From UHGV virus genome UHGV-0106586: DNA of 61,990 nt. One strand, given 5' to 3'. The notes beneath the pieces were generated by a model. The model ran no database searches and was not told where the DNA came from. It saw only the letters and a program-made list of their open reading frames with translations. Source of the stretch: a virus. Made by a program: the position numbers and the translations under genes. Below, piece after piece: positions 9,230-18,301 of this stretch (position 1 is its first letter; the number at the start of each line of letters is the position of its first letter).

Positions 9230-9252
9230 AAAAAGGCTCCCGTAGGAGCCTC
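9230..9252 (-). terminator. rho-independent terminator (ggctcc-cgta-ggagcc)
   Basis: Hairpin 9235-9250 with A-run upstream on plus strand. Confidence 0.5.
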
Positions 9253-9265
9253 TTATCATATACTT

Positions 9266-11047
9266 TTAAAGCTGCTTGTCAATATTATTTCGAATATCAC
9301 CAAGAGTTGTGTAGCCGAACTGCTCAGAGTCGCTAAAGACTAGACGTAAAGCACAAGCTGGATGTTCAAGTGCATCTGCAAAGCTCTGGAACCCATAGCC
9401 ATCTACAGCTTTCAGGTTTTCACCATCCCACATAGGTGCTACACCACCAAAAGCAGACTTCTTAACACCACTATCTGTTTTAGGGTCTTTTGCAAGCATA
9501 ATCTCTTTACCACCAATGCTTGCAAGAGTTGCTTTGACAGCAAATGCAAAGGTGTCACGAGTCATGTACTGGTAAGTGTAAGAACCTACACCAAACACTA
9601 CGTTAGAGCTTGCAAAACCCATTTCATACAAACGCTTCAGTATTTCGTTTGCACGTTCCAACGTGATAGAATCACCATAGATAAGGCCAATGTGCTCATC
9701 CAGTACCTTAAAACCTTTAGAGTTGATAGTCCCTCCAAAGATGTTATACAGGGTCTTAATAGCCCCATCAATCTCTGCTACAGGACGTGTTACAACGTTT
9801 GCAGAACCAACCATATAAGCATTTTTCAACATCACTGTATCAGCAACTTCAAAGTCTTCTCTGTCAACAACCATCTCGTAGCCTTCTGACAGTAGCCATC
9901 CAGCAATACCATAATTGATGTTTTCAAGCTTCATGTTCAGAACAGCATTCAACATTGTGTCGCTGGCTTCCAGCTTGCTTAAGTGTTCGTAATAAGCCTT
10001 TTTAGCACACTCTAAATGGATTGCTTTGTATCCTGTGACAATATGTACAGGGTCTCCAGAATCAGGACGAATTACCAGTTTGCCATCACGTCCCATAATC
10101 TCTTTACGGAGTTCTGGCAATATGACTGATACAGTTCTCCAGAAGTTATAAGTATCTGAAACAACACTTGCAATACCAGTTGGGTAAGTTTCTGTTAAGA
10201 AGCGACGGAAGGTTTGTAACTCACCTTTAAAACGTCTTTCATCTTCAATCAATTCATTACCACCTTCCCAAGCAATGTTTGCACACATTACAGAGTGTTC
10301 AGTGGCTGGTACAGAACTACCAATATCAGAGATTGGGTAGGACTGTCCATAGATGCGTTTAGCTGTATATACAGCAGGGAAGCTATCAGTCCCTTTAAAG
10401 CTGGTTAAGTGACCTACAGCATTAAATGCGTCATCAGTAAAGCCAGACATACCACGCATAGCAAAGTCATGGCACTGATAAGGTAAATGTAAGTCGTTGT
10501 CACAAGTAAGGTCAGCCCATTTCTTACAGATACGTTTGTAGTGCAATGCGATAGTTGCAATGGTACAAGCCTTCCAAATCTCAGCAGAGAAAGCATCTTC
10601 CAGATACCCCGCTACCCAATGGAAACCTGAAACAGTGTTCTGGAAGACAATCATTGGTACACGCATAGGGACAACTGTGCCTTCTTCTACAGCGTATACT
10701 TCAACTGGCAGATAACCTAAGTCGTGAAGTGCTTCCCAATGCTCTCGACCAATAGCATCTTTACCCAGAACACCGTTCATGACTTCTAAGATTTCATCAA
10801 TTGCTTCTTTTTTGTCACGTTCGAAGAAGGTGGCGTTCCAGTGGTCTATCAGGTAATCTTTAACAAAACGTTGAATACCAAAAGCCACTACACCGTCAAT
10901 TGCTAAGGGGCTGTTAAACCATTTGTCACTACGTGGTGTTAGGTTGAACATCAAGTACTCTGTTGCGCTAGGATACTGGTAGATGTGACCAGATTTGTAA
11001 GCATCTGCATTTAAACCTGCTGGTACTGCATAAAGTGATTTAGTCAT
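9266..11047 (-). CDS. nadV: nicotinamide phosphoribosyltransferase (NAMPT)-like enzyme, 593 aa, longer than typical ~470-500 aa NAMPT
   Basis: Full-length NAMPT-type fold judged from translation; adjacent to a PRPP-synthetase-like gene; exact substrate (PRPP vs ADPR-PP) not decidable by eye. Confidence 0.8.
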   Translation of the reverse strand: MTKSLYAVPAGLNADAYKSGHIYQYPSATEYLMFNLTPRSDKWFNSPLAIDGVVAFGIQRFVKDYLIDHWNATFFERDKKEAIDEILEVMNGVLGKDAIGREHWEALHDLGYLPVEVYAVEEGTVVPMRVPMIVFQNTVSGFHWVAGYLEDAFSAEIWKACTIATIALHYKRICKKWADLTCDNDLHLPYQCHDFAMRGMSGFTDDAFNAVGHLTSFKGTDSFPAVYTAKRIYGQSYPISDIGSSVPATEHSVMCANIAWEGGNELIEDERRFKGELQTFRRFLTETYPTGIASVVSDTYNFWRTVSVILPELRKEIMGRDGKLVIRPDSGDPVHIVTGYKAIHLECAKKAYYEHLSKLEASDTMLNAVLNMKLENINYGIAGWLLSEGYEMVVDREDFEVADTVMLKNAYMVGSANVVTRPVAEIDGAIKTLYNIFGGTINSKGFKVLDEHIGLIYGDSITLERANEILKRLYEMGFASSNVVFGVGSYTYQYMTRDTFAFAVKATLASIGGKEIMLAKDPKTDSGVKKSAFGGVAPMWDGENLKAVDGYGFQSFADALEHPACALRLVFSDSEQFGYTTLGDIRNNIDKQL

Positions 11048-11065
11048 CTTTTAATCTCTCTCGAA

Positions 11066-11085
11066 ATGGGGCTTGTAAGCCCCTA
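11066..11085 (-). terminator. hairpin between NAMPT-like and PRPP-synthetase-like genes
   Basis: ggggctt-gt-aagcccc inverted repeat. Confidence 0.3.
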
Positions 11086-11092
11086 TAAAGTT

Positions 11093-11974
11093 TTAATCAA
11101 GGTTTGCTACAGTAACTTGACCATAATGTGTTAAACCACGTTCTTTAGCTTCCCCTAAAGAGTTTGTAGTGTAGATGTGGTCAATGCCATTGTCAAGAAG
11201 GTTTTCAACACCTTTGGAAAAGATACCATGTGTTACATAGAGTTCTACACGTTTTGCACCTGCTTCACGAAGATGTTTAGCTGCTTCTATGAAGGTTCGA
11301 CCACCATCACAGATATCATCAAGAATCATAACAGTTTTATCTGTCAAATCAACATCATCAAGGATTCGCATACCAGTAATTTCACCAGTCTTAAGGTTAC
11401 GTACTTTAGACATTGTGATGTATGGCTTATCCACCTCTTTAGCAGTCTCTGCAATCTTCTTAGCAGCACCTGCATCTGGGGCTACTAAGTAATCAATCAG
11501 TGGGTCATTTGCATAGTGGACTGCAATTTCCTTTTGAGGAATACTCTGGAAGCAGTTAAACAGGTTATCTGGTACATAGCTGTGAGGGTCAACTGCACAG
11601 ACTGCATCAAAACCCATTGCATTAACCTGTTGTGCAAACACTTTCAAAGCTGCTGCATCACCTTTAAACATGTGACGGTCATAACGTGCATTTGGCAAAT
11701 AGTAAAAGATAATGGTCTTCATAGCAAACTTATGAGGTACTAAATCATCAATTGCCTCTTTAGCAAGTGCCACAGCAAACAATGTGTCTTTATCATAACC
11801 TTTTACAATCATAATCACATTGTTGATGGATGATGCTGCATAAGCAGTAAAATCAACAAACTCTGGCGAAAAGTGCCCACCAATCTCACCAGAAGGAAAT
11901 TGGATGATGTTAAACTCTTCTTCATGAGTTCCTTTAGTCGGTGAATGAACTGTAACACGGATAGATGTTTTCAT
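11093..11974 (-). CDS. ribose-phosphate pyrophosphokinase (PRPP synthetase)-like enzyme; start taken at ATG 11974
   Basis: YLPNARYDR (cf ARQDR), DPH (cf DLH), VAPDAGAAKK and VMILDDICDGGRT (PRPP/phosphoribosyl-binding loop) match the Prs family as recalled. Confidence 0.75.
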   Translation of the reverse strand: MKTSIRVTVHSPTKGTHEEEFNIIQFPSGEIGGHFSPEFVDFTAYAASSINNVIMIVKGYDKDTLFAVALAKEAIDDLVPHKFAMKTIIFYYLPNARYDRHMFKGDAAALKVFAQQVNAMGFDAVCAVDPHSYVPDNLFNCFQSIPQKEIAVHYANDPLIDYLVAPDAGAAKKIAETAKEVDKPYITMSKVRNLKTGEITGMRILDDVDLTDKTVMILDDICDGGRTFIEAAKHLREAGAKRVELYVTHGIFSKGVENLLDNGIDHIYTTNSLGEAKERGLTHYGQVTVANLD

Positions 11975-11984
11975 AGTTTCTCTC

Positions 11985-12290
11985 TTAGTCAAAAGTTACG
12001 TTTGTTACTGCCATTGCAGATTTGCATTTTGCAGGGTCTACAACGTGATAAAGTACACTACAGTTACCTGTGCTGTCTGGTACAGGCTTTACCCATTGAT
12101 GCTCTATAGTTGGCTCTCCTAAGTCTTTGTAAGAACCATCTGTAAAGTTGTTTACCATCTCAAGTGCAATTGGTTCTGGAACATGACCACGTATCATGTA
12201 CATCTCACAACCATTACCACCTTCACTGACTAAGGGTAAAATCTCCCACTTTTCTTTAGCCATTGTAAGTTGCCCTATAAACTGTCTCAA
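11985..12290 (-). CDS. hypothetical protein (101 aa)
   Basis: ORF in track. Confidence 0.4.
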   Translation of the reverse strand: MRQFIGQLTMAKEKWEILPLVSEGGNGCEMYMIRGHVPEPIALEMVNNFTDGSYKDLGEPTIEHQWVKPVPDSTGNCSVLYHVVDPAKCKSAMAVTNVTFD

Positions 12291-12771
12291 ACTTCAACAG
12301 GAGAGATATTGCCAAATCTGTATAGTTGTTATCAAGCACATCTGGCATATTATTTTTGATATATTTCTCTTGCTCTTCATAGGTCATCTTAGGGGTGCTT
12401 AAAAGATTATCCCTTTGCTTCTGGTTATCAAGTTTAGTCTGGATAAACCAGTTTGTGCAGTGGTGCTCACCACCCTTTGTAACAGGTTTGTGGTGACCTA
12501 ATGTGAAGGATTGACTACCTGTGTATCTGCAAAGTTTATTGAGAACTGTAATGGTGTTCTTCACAACAAAACATTCATACAAGTTATCTATAGTGTAGTG
12601 TGGGTAATAGCGGAATAGTGCTCTTTCACGAGTACTCTCACGATTCCAGAGAATCATGTGGTTTGAGTTAGAAGGGTCGTATTGGTGGGAGTCAATGAAC
12701 TCTTGACGTTCCTCAAAGCTGAGCCTTAACACTGACATTGCAGCCGAACGTTTCAGGTTTGACAGGTACAT
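12256..12771 (-). CDS. hypothetical protein (171 aa)
   Basis: ORF in track. Confidence 0.4.
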   Translation of the reverse strand: MYLSNLKRSAAMSVLRLSFEERQEFIDSHQYDPSNSNHMILWNRESTRERALFRYYPHYTIDNLYECFVVKNTITVLNKLCRYTGSQSFTLGHHKPVTKGGEHHCTNWFIQTKLDNQKQRDNLLSTPKMTYEEQEKYIKNNMPDVLDNNYTDLAISLLLKFETVYRATYNG

Positions 12772-12787
12772 ATTATCTCCAAAATAA

Positions 12788-12812
12788 AAAAGGGAACCTT
12801 TACAGTTCCCTA
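12788..12812 (-). terminator. hairpin terminator (gggaac...gttccc)
   Basis: Inverted repeat flanked by A/T runs. Confidence 0.4.
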
Positions 12813-12823
12813 ATCATATAGTC

Positions 12824-13135
12824 TTACTGTGAGATTTTCAACACTTTGAGGAAGCCTTCTTCACCAATGTTGCTTATAATGTAATTTGTAGGTTTAATAG
12901 AATGGTTTAGACATACAATCTTCTTGTCTTTCTTGTTGTAAGTTAGTTTAAGCTGTTCTAGCTCTTTACTACCATCAAGAGATTCATTGTACATCTTCAC
13001 AGCTTTCTTAAATGGGATGTGTTCACCACCAAAGGTTAGAAATCCCGTACCACAATAATGTGCGTTATGTTGCTCAACCATAAACTGACACAGAACTGCA
13101 ATCTGAATCTTACGAGTGTTATAAATCTTTTTCAT
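12824..13135 (-). CDS. hypothetical protein (103 aa)
   Basis: ORF in track. Confidence 0.4.
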   Translation of the reverse strand: MKKIYNTRKIQIAVLCQFMVEQHNAHYCGTGFLTFGGEHIPFKKAVKMYNESLDGSKELEQLKLTYNKKDKKIVCLNHSIKPTNYIISNIGEEGFLKVLKISQ

Positions 13136-13146
13136 GTTAACTACCC

Positions 13147-13404
13147 TTATTTGTTACGTTTACGGTTACGAGCTTTCTTAGCTGCACGTTTAATTGCTGC
13201 TGCACCAGTTGGTCGATGTGCTTGTTTTTTACCACCTTTTCCACGTCCGACGTGGATGTAAGGCTGCTTTTCAATTTGGCTTGCAAGAACTTGTGCAACT
13301 GCTGAAGCATCTACACCAACCTGCTTTCCAGTCATAGAAATGATTGCTGCTGCTTTTGCCAGTGCCTTCAAGAAGCCAGCCTTCATATTACCTAAAATTC
13401 CCAT
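13147..13404 (-). CDS. hypothetical protein with highly basic C-terminal tail
   Basis: ORF in track; C-terminus ...IKRAAKKARNRKRNK. Confidence 0.4.
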   Translation of the reverse strand: MGILGNMKAGFLKALAKAAAIISMTGKQVGVDASAVAQVLASQIEKQPYIHVGRGKGGKKQAHRPTGAAAIKRAAKKARNRKRNK

Positions 13405-13419
13405 TTTTATTCTCTCTTA

Positions 13420-13776
13420 TTAAAGTTTAATACAGAACTTATGAAGTTCTTCTTCAGTGATTCCTATTGGAGTTACACCTTCTCTGATGTTTTGAATCCT
13501 GTAGAAGTCTCCAAATTTGTCTGATTCATGGATGACAAATGTAACGTTCTTCACCATCGTTGCAAGGGCACATAATGAACGTTCGCCAAACTTTTCTCTT
13601 GTGTAAATCATCCAAGCATCTAACTTGTTAATGTCGTAAGTCCACTTACCAGAATAATCATTCTGCTCGCCATTGACAATCACCTTGCCATCCATACTCT
13701 TTTCTCCAGATGTTTTGGTTATCAGAACCACGATATGGTTTAACTGTTGGTTTAGAAGAATCATACTTACCATCAA
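13420..13776 (-). CDS. hypothetical protein; start uncertain (track start overlaps nrdG by 119 nt; internal starts at ~13695 or ~13611 possible)
   Basis: ORF in track; overlap with nrdG noted. Confidence 0.3.
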   Translation of the reverse strand: MMVSMILLNQQLNHIVVLITKTSGEKSMDGKVIVNGEQNDYSGKWTYDINKLDAWMIYTREKFGERSLCALATMVKNVTFVIHESDKFGDFYRIQNIREGVTPIGITEEELHKFCIKL

Positions 13777-14143
13777 TCACCACGTCAACATATTTCATCA
13801 CATCTAAGTGGATTTTTTCGTGCAGTTGAAAACCTGTCCAAAGCCATATAGACTTTTCTGGATAAACAGTTTTAATACGCTTGCATATGTTGGTGACCTC
13901 TCGAATGTTTCTGTCATCCAGAGGCTCCCCACCAAGTATTGACAGCCCACTGATAGCCTTATCATTCATTAACTTAATGATGCCGTAGAGGTTTGCATAA
14001 GTAAACTCTTTACCAGCATTAAACTTCCAAGACTCCCTGTTAAAGCAACCTTCACAGTGATGTTTACAGCCAGCTACGAAGAGGCTTACACGAACCCCTT
14101 CACCATTAGCTGTGTCAAATGGTCTAATCTCCATGTAATTCAT
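13658..14143 (-). CDS. nrdG: anaerobic ribonucleotide reductase activating protein (radical SAM)
   Basis: FVAGCKHHCEGCFN is the CxxxCxxC radical-SAM cluster motif; size ~160 aa typical of NrdG. Confidence 0.8.
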   Translation of the reverse strand: MNYMEIRPFDTANGEGVRVSLFVAGCKHHCEGCFNRESWKFNAGKEFTYANLYGIIKLMNDKAISGLSILGGEPLDDRNIREVTNICKRIKTVYPEKSIWLWTGFQLHEKIHLDVMKYVDVVIDGKYDSSKPTVKPYRGSDNQNIWRKEYGWQGDCQWRAE

Positions 14144-14178
14144 CTAGTTACCTCACCAATATTATTTAAGCCTTTTAC

Positions 14179-14574
14179 TCATTCAAATACCACCTGACAA
14201 GGAACTTGTTTAGTAATAAATTCTTCACAGTGTTCTTTAATGAAGTTTTGTAATGGCACACAGTCTTGTGCACACGTCATTAGCATAATGTACTCTGGAT
14301 TCATAATATTTTCAATGGTGTAGAAGACAACATTGTCAAATAATTCATGACCGTCTTCTTCAGACCAAGTTCCAGTGACTATAGCTAATTTGTCAAGCAA
14401 TTCATTAGGCAACGCTACACCATCTTCTGCGGAATCACTTAGAACGTTGTCACCTATGTACAATGTGAAGACCGTATGAAATGTTGAGTATCTTACGTGA
14501 TTCTTTTCGCAAGAGCCACACTCTGAGGCGTAATCTTTAATCCACTCTAACTGTTTTTTGTTTAACTTAATCAT
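14179..14574 (-). CDS. hypothetical protein (131 aa)
   Basis: ORF in track. Confidence 0.4.
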   Translation of the reverse strand: MIKLNKKQLEWIKDYASECGSCEKNHVRYSTFHTVFTLYIGDNVLSDSAEDGVALPNELLDKLAIVTGTWSEEDGHELFDNVVFYTIENIMNPEYIMLMTCAQDCVPLQNFIKEHCEEFITKQVPCQVVFE

Positions 14575-14771
14575 AATTTCACCTTAGCTGGCAATGCACT
14601 GAATGCTATAGCTAACCCTAAAAATGGTTTGAAGCATGACCATAAATCCATCTGACCATGATATGTGAAACTCCATTGTGGGTCTGAAAAACCCCATACC
14701 ATAACGCTAACTCCAAAGAAGAAGATTAGAATGTGAAGTATGTATATCAACGTTTTTGATATTTTAAACAT
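14571..14771 (-). CDS. small hydrophobic protein (66 aa)
   Basis: ORF in track; hydrophobic ILHILIFFFGVSVMVWGF segment. Confidence 0.3.
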   Translation of the reverse strand: MFKISKTLIYILHILIFFFGVSVMVWGFSDPQWSFTYHGQMDLWSCFKPFLGLAIAFSALPAKVKL

Positions 14772-14924
14772 TTTAACTTATCTCTCAACTCACAATAAGA
14801 GAGTCCTAAAAAGAACCCCAGTAAGACAGAACCTATGAACAGGCCAATGATGCTCTCTGCCATATCTAACATCCAATAAAAAGGTGATGTAAGCCTATCA
14901 AGACTCACACCACCTTGTCAAGTT

Positions 14925-15872
14925 TTACATAGAAATCCTGTCACGAATCTCAGCAATTTTTGCATCATTCATTCGGGATTCACCTTTAATCTTAGTCCAC
15001 CCAAGATACCCACACACTCTGTTAATCACAGAGATGTCATGTGAATGGCAAACCTCACATTCTTCAACATCAGCCTTTGGTCTGTTGCCACAATGTTCGC
15101 AGATTGCTAAGTCAAAGTTAAGTCCCTGATAGAAACCTTTCAACATCCCTCTTGTAATACAACTTTTAAGTGCTGTTAAGTTTTCTGGGTTAGCTACCCT
15201 TACATACTGGATTCTGCCGCCTCTACAGATATGGAAGAATGGTTCTTCTAAGTCCTGCTTCTCAAATGGTGAAATATCTGCTGCAACATTCATATGGAAA
15301 CTGTTTGTAAAGTATTCCTTATCAGAAACACCTTTGATAACGCCAAACATATCTCTGAACTGTTTTAGTTGAGTCCCACAAAGTGATTCTGCTGGAGTAC
15401 CATAGACGGCATATAAGAAGCCATCTTCATTCTTAAACTCTTCAGTTTTCATGTTAATGTATGCCAGAACATCGTATGCAAAACTATAGCTTCCAACTTC
15501 ATGAAGTCGTTTACCCTCAGCAAGAACAGACAACTCATCAAGAGCAGTAACCCCAAAAGAAGCTGTGAAGGACTTCACGATATCCCAACCAACCTTGTCA
15601 GTAGGTTTCTTAGTCCCTTTGTACAGACCACCTTGTGTGAATGCAAGAGGGTTAGAACTTGCTGGCATATTAGCAATCATTTCGTAGCGTTTCTTGTGGA
15701 AGCTGCGAATCATCTCTAGGTACTTATCAAGCTCTTTCCAGAAATCTAAACCATTCTCTTTAGAATACTGGTAAATCATTGGCAAGTTCAAAGATACAGC
15801 ACCAATGTTAGCACGACCTACATAAAACTCTTCACCATCTTCGTTATGATATGGTGATAAAAACGCTCTACA
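14925..15872 (-). CDS. nrdD: anaerobic ribonucleoside-triphosphate reductase, C-terminal exon (inferred exon 2)
   Basis: RVCGYLG glycyl-radical motif and CEHCG...C zinc-ribbon near C-terminus; open frame extends upstream of any start codon to 15893. Confidence 0.7.
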   Translation of the reverse strand, partial: CRAFLSPYHNEDGEEFYVGRANIGAVSLNLPMIYQYSKENGLDFWKELDKYLEMIRSFHKKRYEMIANMPASSNPLAFTQGGLYKGTKKPTDKVGWDIVKSFTASFGVTALDELSVLAEGKRLHEVGSYSFAYDVLAYINMKTEEFKNEDGFLYAVYGTPAESLCGTQLKQFRDMFGVIKGVSDKEYFTNSFHMNVAADISPFEKQDLEEPFFHICRGGRIQYVRVANPENLTALKSCITRGMLKGFYQGLNFDLAICEHCGNRPKADVEECEVCHSHDISVINRVCGYLGWTKIKGESRMNDAKIAEIRDRISM

Positions 15873-16614
15873 CTTATTGTTCAGGTAAGTTCGCTACGCT
15901 TACCCCGCTTTATTCAAGCTGCTTACTGTCACCAGTAAGTCCAGACTATATCTTCTACTTATTTCTAAGTAGCGTACCATTTCGAGTCGCTTGACCCTAC
16001 ACCGCTACATTCATCACGGTTAGTCGTTCGGCATTTAAATGTACTCAAAATCATGTTCAAAGTTATTATACTCTTTTACACCCTTCAATATTGAAGAGAT
16101 AGTCTTGCGATTATACCCAAGTACATTAGATAACTCTCGTATTGACTTAGCAACAATAACTTCTTTTGTCACTTTATGTGTAGCCTTCACAGCATATGAA
16201 CGCTTACAAAACTTGTAGCAACCATTTTCATAACCCTCTTTAACATTCTCAGAATGAGTTCCCCATTCTAAGTTAGAAGCATGGTTGTTCAGTTTGTTAT
16301 CATCTTTGTGTTTTACAATTGGAAGATTGTTAGGGTTAGGTACATACTTTTCAGCAACTAACCTATGGACATACATGTCACGATTCTTCCTTCCATAAAA
16401 CCTTACTTTCATATAACCAGTGTTGGATTTCCACTGCGTAAGTTCTACACCATTTTTCCTAAAGACTCTTCCGTCCTCAGTAACATGATAATTTGGCATG
16501 TAATACTCCTATTTTATATAGTTTCTTACATCGTACATCATTTAGCACAGGATTGTCTACACCTGTAGAGTTTCCCTGTTTAGGCACGTTTTAGATGAGC
16601 TATAGAGCTTGTTA
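15873..16614 (-). mobile_element. probable group I intron interrupting nrdD (boundaries inferred), carrying an HNH homing endonuclease ORF
   Basis: nrdD frame broken by stop right after ...ISPMG and resumes at CRAFLSP...; inferred intron ends in G; possible P1 guide GCUCAU near its 5' end; 7-bp stem with GTGA tetraloop in 3' part. Confidence 0.5.
16035..16499 (-). CDS. HNH homing endonuclease (intron-encoded)
   Basis: VHRLVAEKY...VKHKDDNKLNNHASNLEWGTHSEN is a classic HNH motif. Confidence 0.75.
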   Translation of the reverse strand: MPNYHVTEDGRVFRKNGVELTQWKSNTGYMKVRFYGRKNRDMYVHRLVAEKYVPNPNNLPIVKHKDDNKLNNHASNLEWGTHSENVKEGYENGCYKFCKRSYAVKATHKVTKEVIVAKSIRELSNVLGYNRKTISSILKGVKEYNNFEHDFEYI

Positions 16615-17811
16615 ACCCATCGGTGAAATTACCTTGCCAGAACGCTCAAAAGCTTCTGCTACAGCACCATGACCAGATACACTTAAGAAATCTGGATACA
16701 TTGCTTTAGAGCAACACTCAATAGCTTTACTGTACAGGTGTCCTTGACAGATATTTTCATCATGTCTCTTCTGGTCATAAATATAAACCAGTTTAGGAAA
16801 TACAACAGGTTTTTTGCTCTTACCTTGTCCATTCATACGAACATCTAGGAGAGTGCTTGCAATCATGTACTGTAGTCGGTTATCTTCATTAGACATGTCT
16901 GAGTCAAGTAAACCAAATGTTAAAGTTGTGAATGCAAAATCACCACGGCTACAGGGTACTGTATTTAGTTTCATCTCTAGTGACTGGAAGCCTTGAGTTA
17001 ATTCAATCTGTAGCTGCTCCATGACATAATTATGGTAATGTTCTTTAGGAATACCGTAAGATGCTGCTTTCTCAGCATGATAGCGTAGAGACTTCTTAGC
17101 ATACGGTACAAGCACCTTATCAATCTCCGCTAAAGTAAATCCACCAAATTGCTGTGCAGTTGCTGAAAGAACTACATCACCGATAACTTGTAAGGCTGAC
17201 AGTACAGACTTCGGTTCACAGTATTCGATGCCAGACATTTCAAAGCCACCTTTCAGTACTTTACCAATGTCAAACAGGCAACAGTTGATACCACCAAAAA
17301 TTAGGTCTCTTAAGTCATGGATGTAGATAAACCCTTTTTCAATGGCTTCGAGTTCCTCTGGTGTTAAATGGTACTGCTTAAAGATTTCTTTAGTCAGATA
17401 ACCACGAATAATTGAACCTTTTGTAGAAATTAAACTGCTGTCAAAGTTAGCGTTTTCACGGTCGCCTAAGAAGAGTGTATCTTTGGTCTTCTGGTATAGT
17501 TCATCCCAATTTTGAGCAACTTCTTTACGGTAATTTCTATATGTTGAGTAAGACTCATAAATCTCGTGATTGACTTCTGCCAAAGCACCCTCAACAATAC
17601 TGTGAATATCGTTTACAGAAATTAGCAAATTATTCTGCTTAGTGGACTTTACCAGAATCCTCATAAATGCTGACTCAAGAGCTTGAGTAACATCTGGTGG
17701 AAGCTCTTTATAACCAACTCTGTTAGCTGACTTTGTGACGGCTGCTAAAACTTTTTTGATATCGGGTTCTTCAAGTGAGCCGTTCTTTTTAATAATCTGT
17801 ACTTTGTTCAT
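16615..17811 (-). CDS. nrdD: anaerobic ribonucleoside-triphosphate reductase, N-terminal exon (inferred exon 1)
   Basis: N-terminal ATP-cone-like region (IIKKNGSLEEPDIKKV), class III RNR-like body; frame ends ...KVISPMG then stop. Confidence 0.75.
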
Positions 17812-17830
17812 TATTGCCCCTTTACATACT

Positions 17831-17856
17831 AAAAAGGTCTCCGAAGAGACCCTTTC
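17831..17856 (-). terminator. rho-independent terminator (ggtctc-cgaa-gagacc)
   Basis: Hairpin 17836-17851 with flanking A-run. Confidence 0.5.
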
Positions 17857-17859
17857 ATT

Positions 17860-18066
17860 TTAAATCTTTTTAGAAAACTTCGCAAAGAGTTCTCTTAGTT
17901 TTTCAGTTATACCTAACTGTATCTCTAATATTTCGAAGATAACCCATAGTAACATGGCTCCAAACAATGAACCTTGCTCAAAGTCAGTAAATAGGTTAAC
18001 AATAAGCATACCAATCACAATAGCTGGTGCATCAACAACCAAACCTTCCCAAATGCGTTTAAGCAT
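17860..18066 (-). CDS. small membrane protein (68 aa)
   Basis: ORF in track; hydrophobic VVDAPAIVIGMLIVNLF segment. Confidence 0.35.
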   Translation of the reverse strand: MLKRIWEGLVVDAPAIVIGMLIVNLFTDFEQGSLFGAMLLWVIFEILEIQLGITEKLRELFAKFSKKI

Positions 18067-18301
18067 TATTCACCTCTGCCATAAAATTCTGTAGCGTCCC
18101 AACAGGTTTTAGGTTTTGTCCATCAGTTTTCATGATGAACGGCATCTGACGAACTGGCATCTGTGCAATATCCGTCAGGTCTGATAGTTCATAGTCCTGC
18201 CCTAACATTCTCACAATATGGTCAATACCACGAGCTTTTGCAAAATTCTTTGCAGTCTCACATTGAGGGCATCCAGTTTTGGAGTAAATTACATAAGTCA
18301 T
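18059..18301 (-). CDS. glutaredoxin/NrdH-like redoxin
   Basis: CPQC active-site motif near N-terminus; ~80 aa; sits beside nrdB. Confidence 0.6.
   Translation of the reverse strand: MTYVIYSKTGCPQCETAKNFAKARGIDHIVRMLGQDYELSDLTDIAQMPVRQMPFIMKTDGQNLKPVGTLQNFMAEVNNA

Noticed and set aside
15791-15893. nrdD as two independently translated genes-in-pieces
   Set aside because: The C-terminal segment has NrdD-like coding sequence (CRAFLSPYHNEDGEEFYVGRANIG...) upstream of its first possible start codon (a TTG without RBS), which fits splicing better than separate translation; not experimentally excluded.
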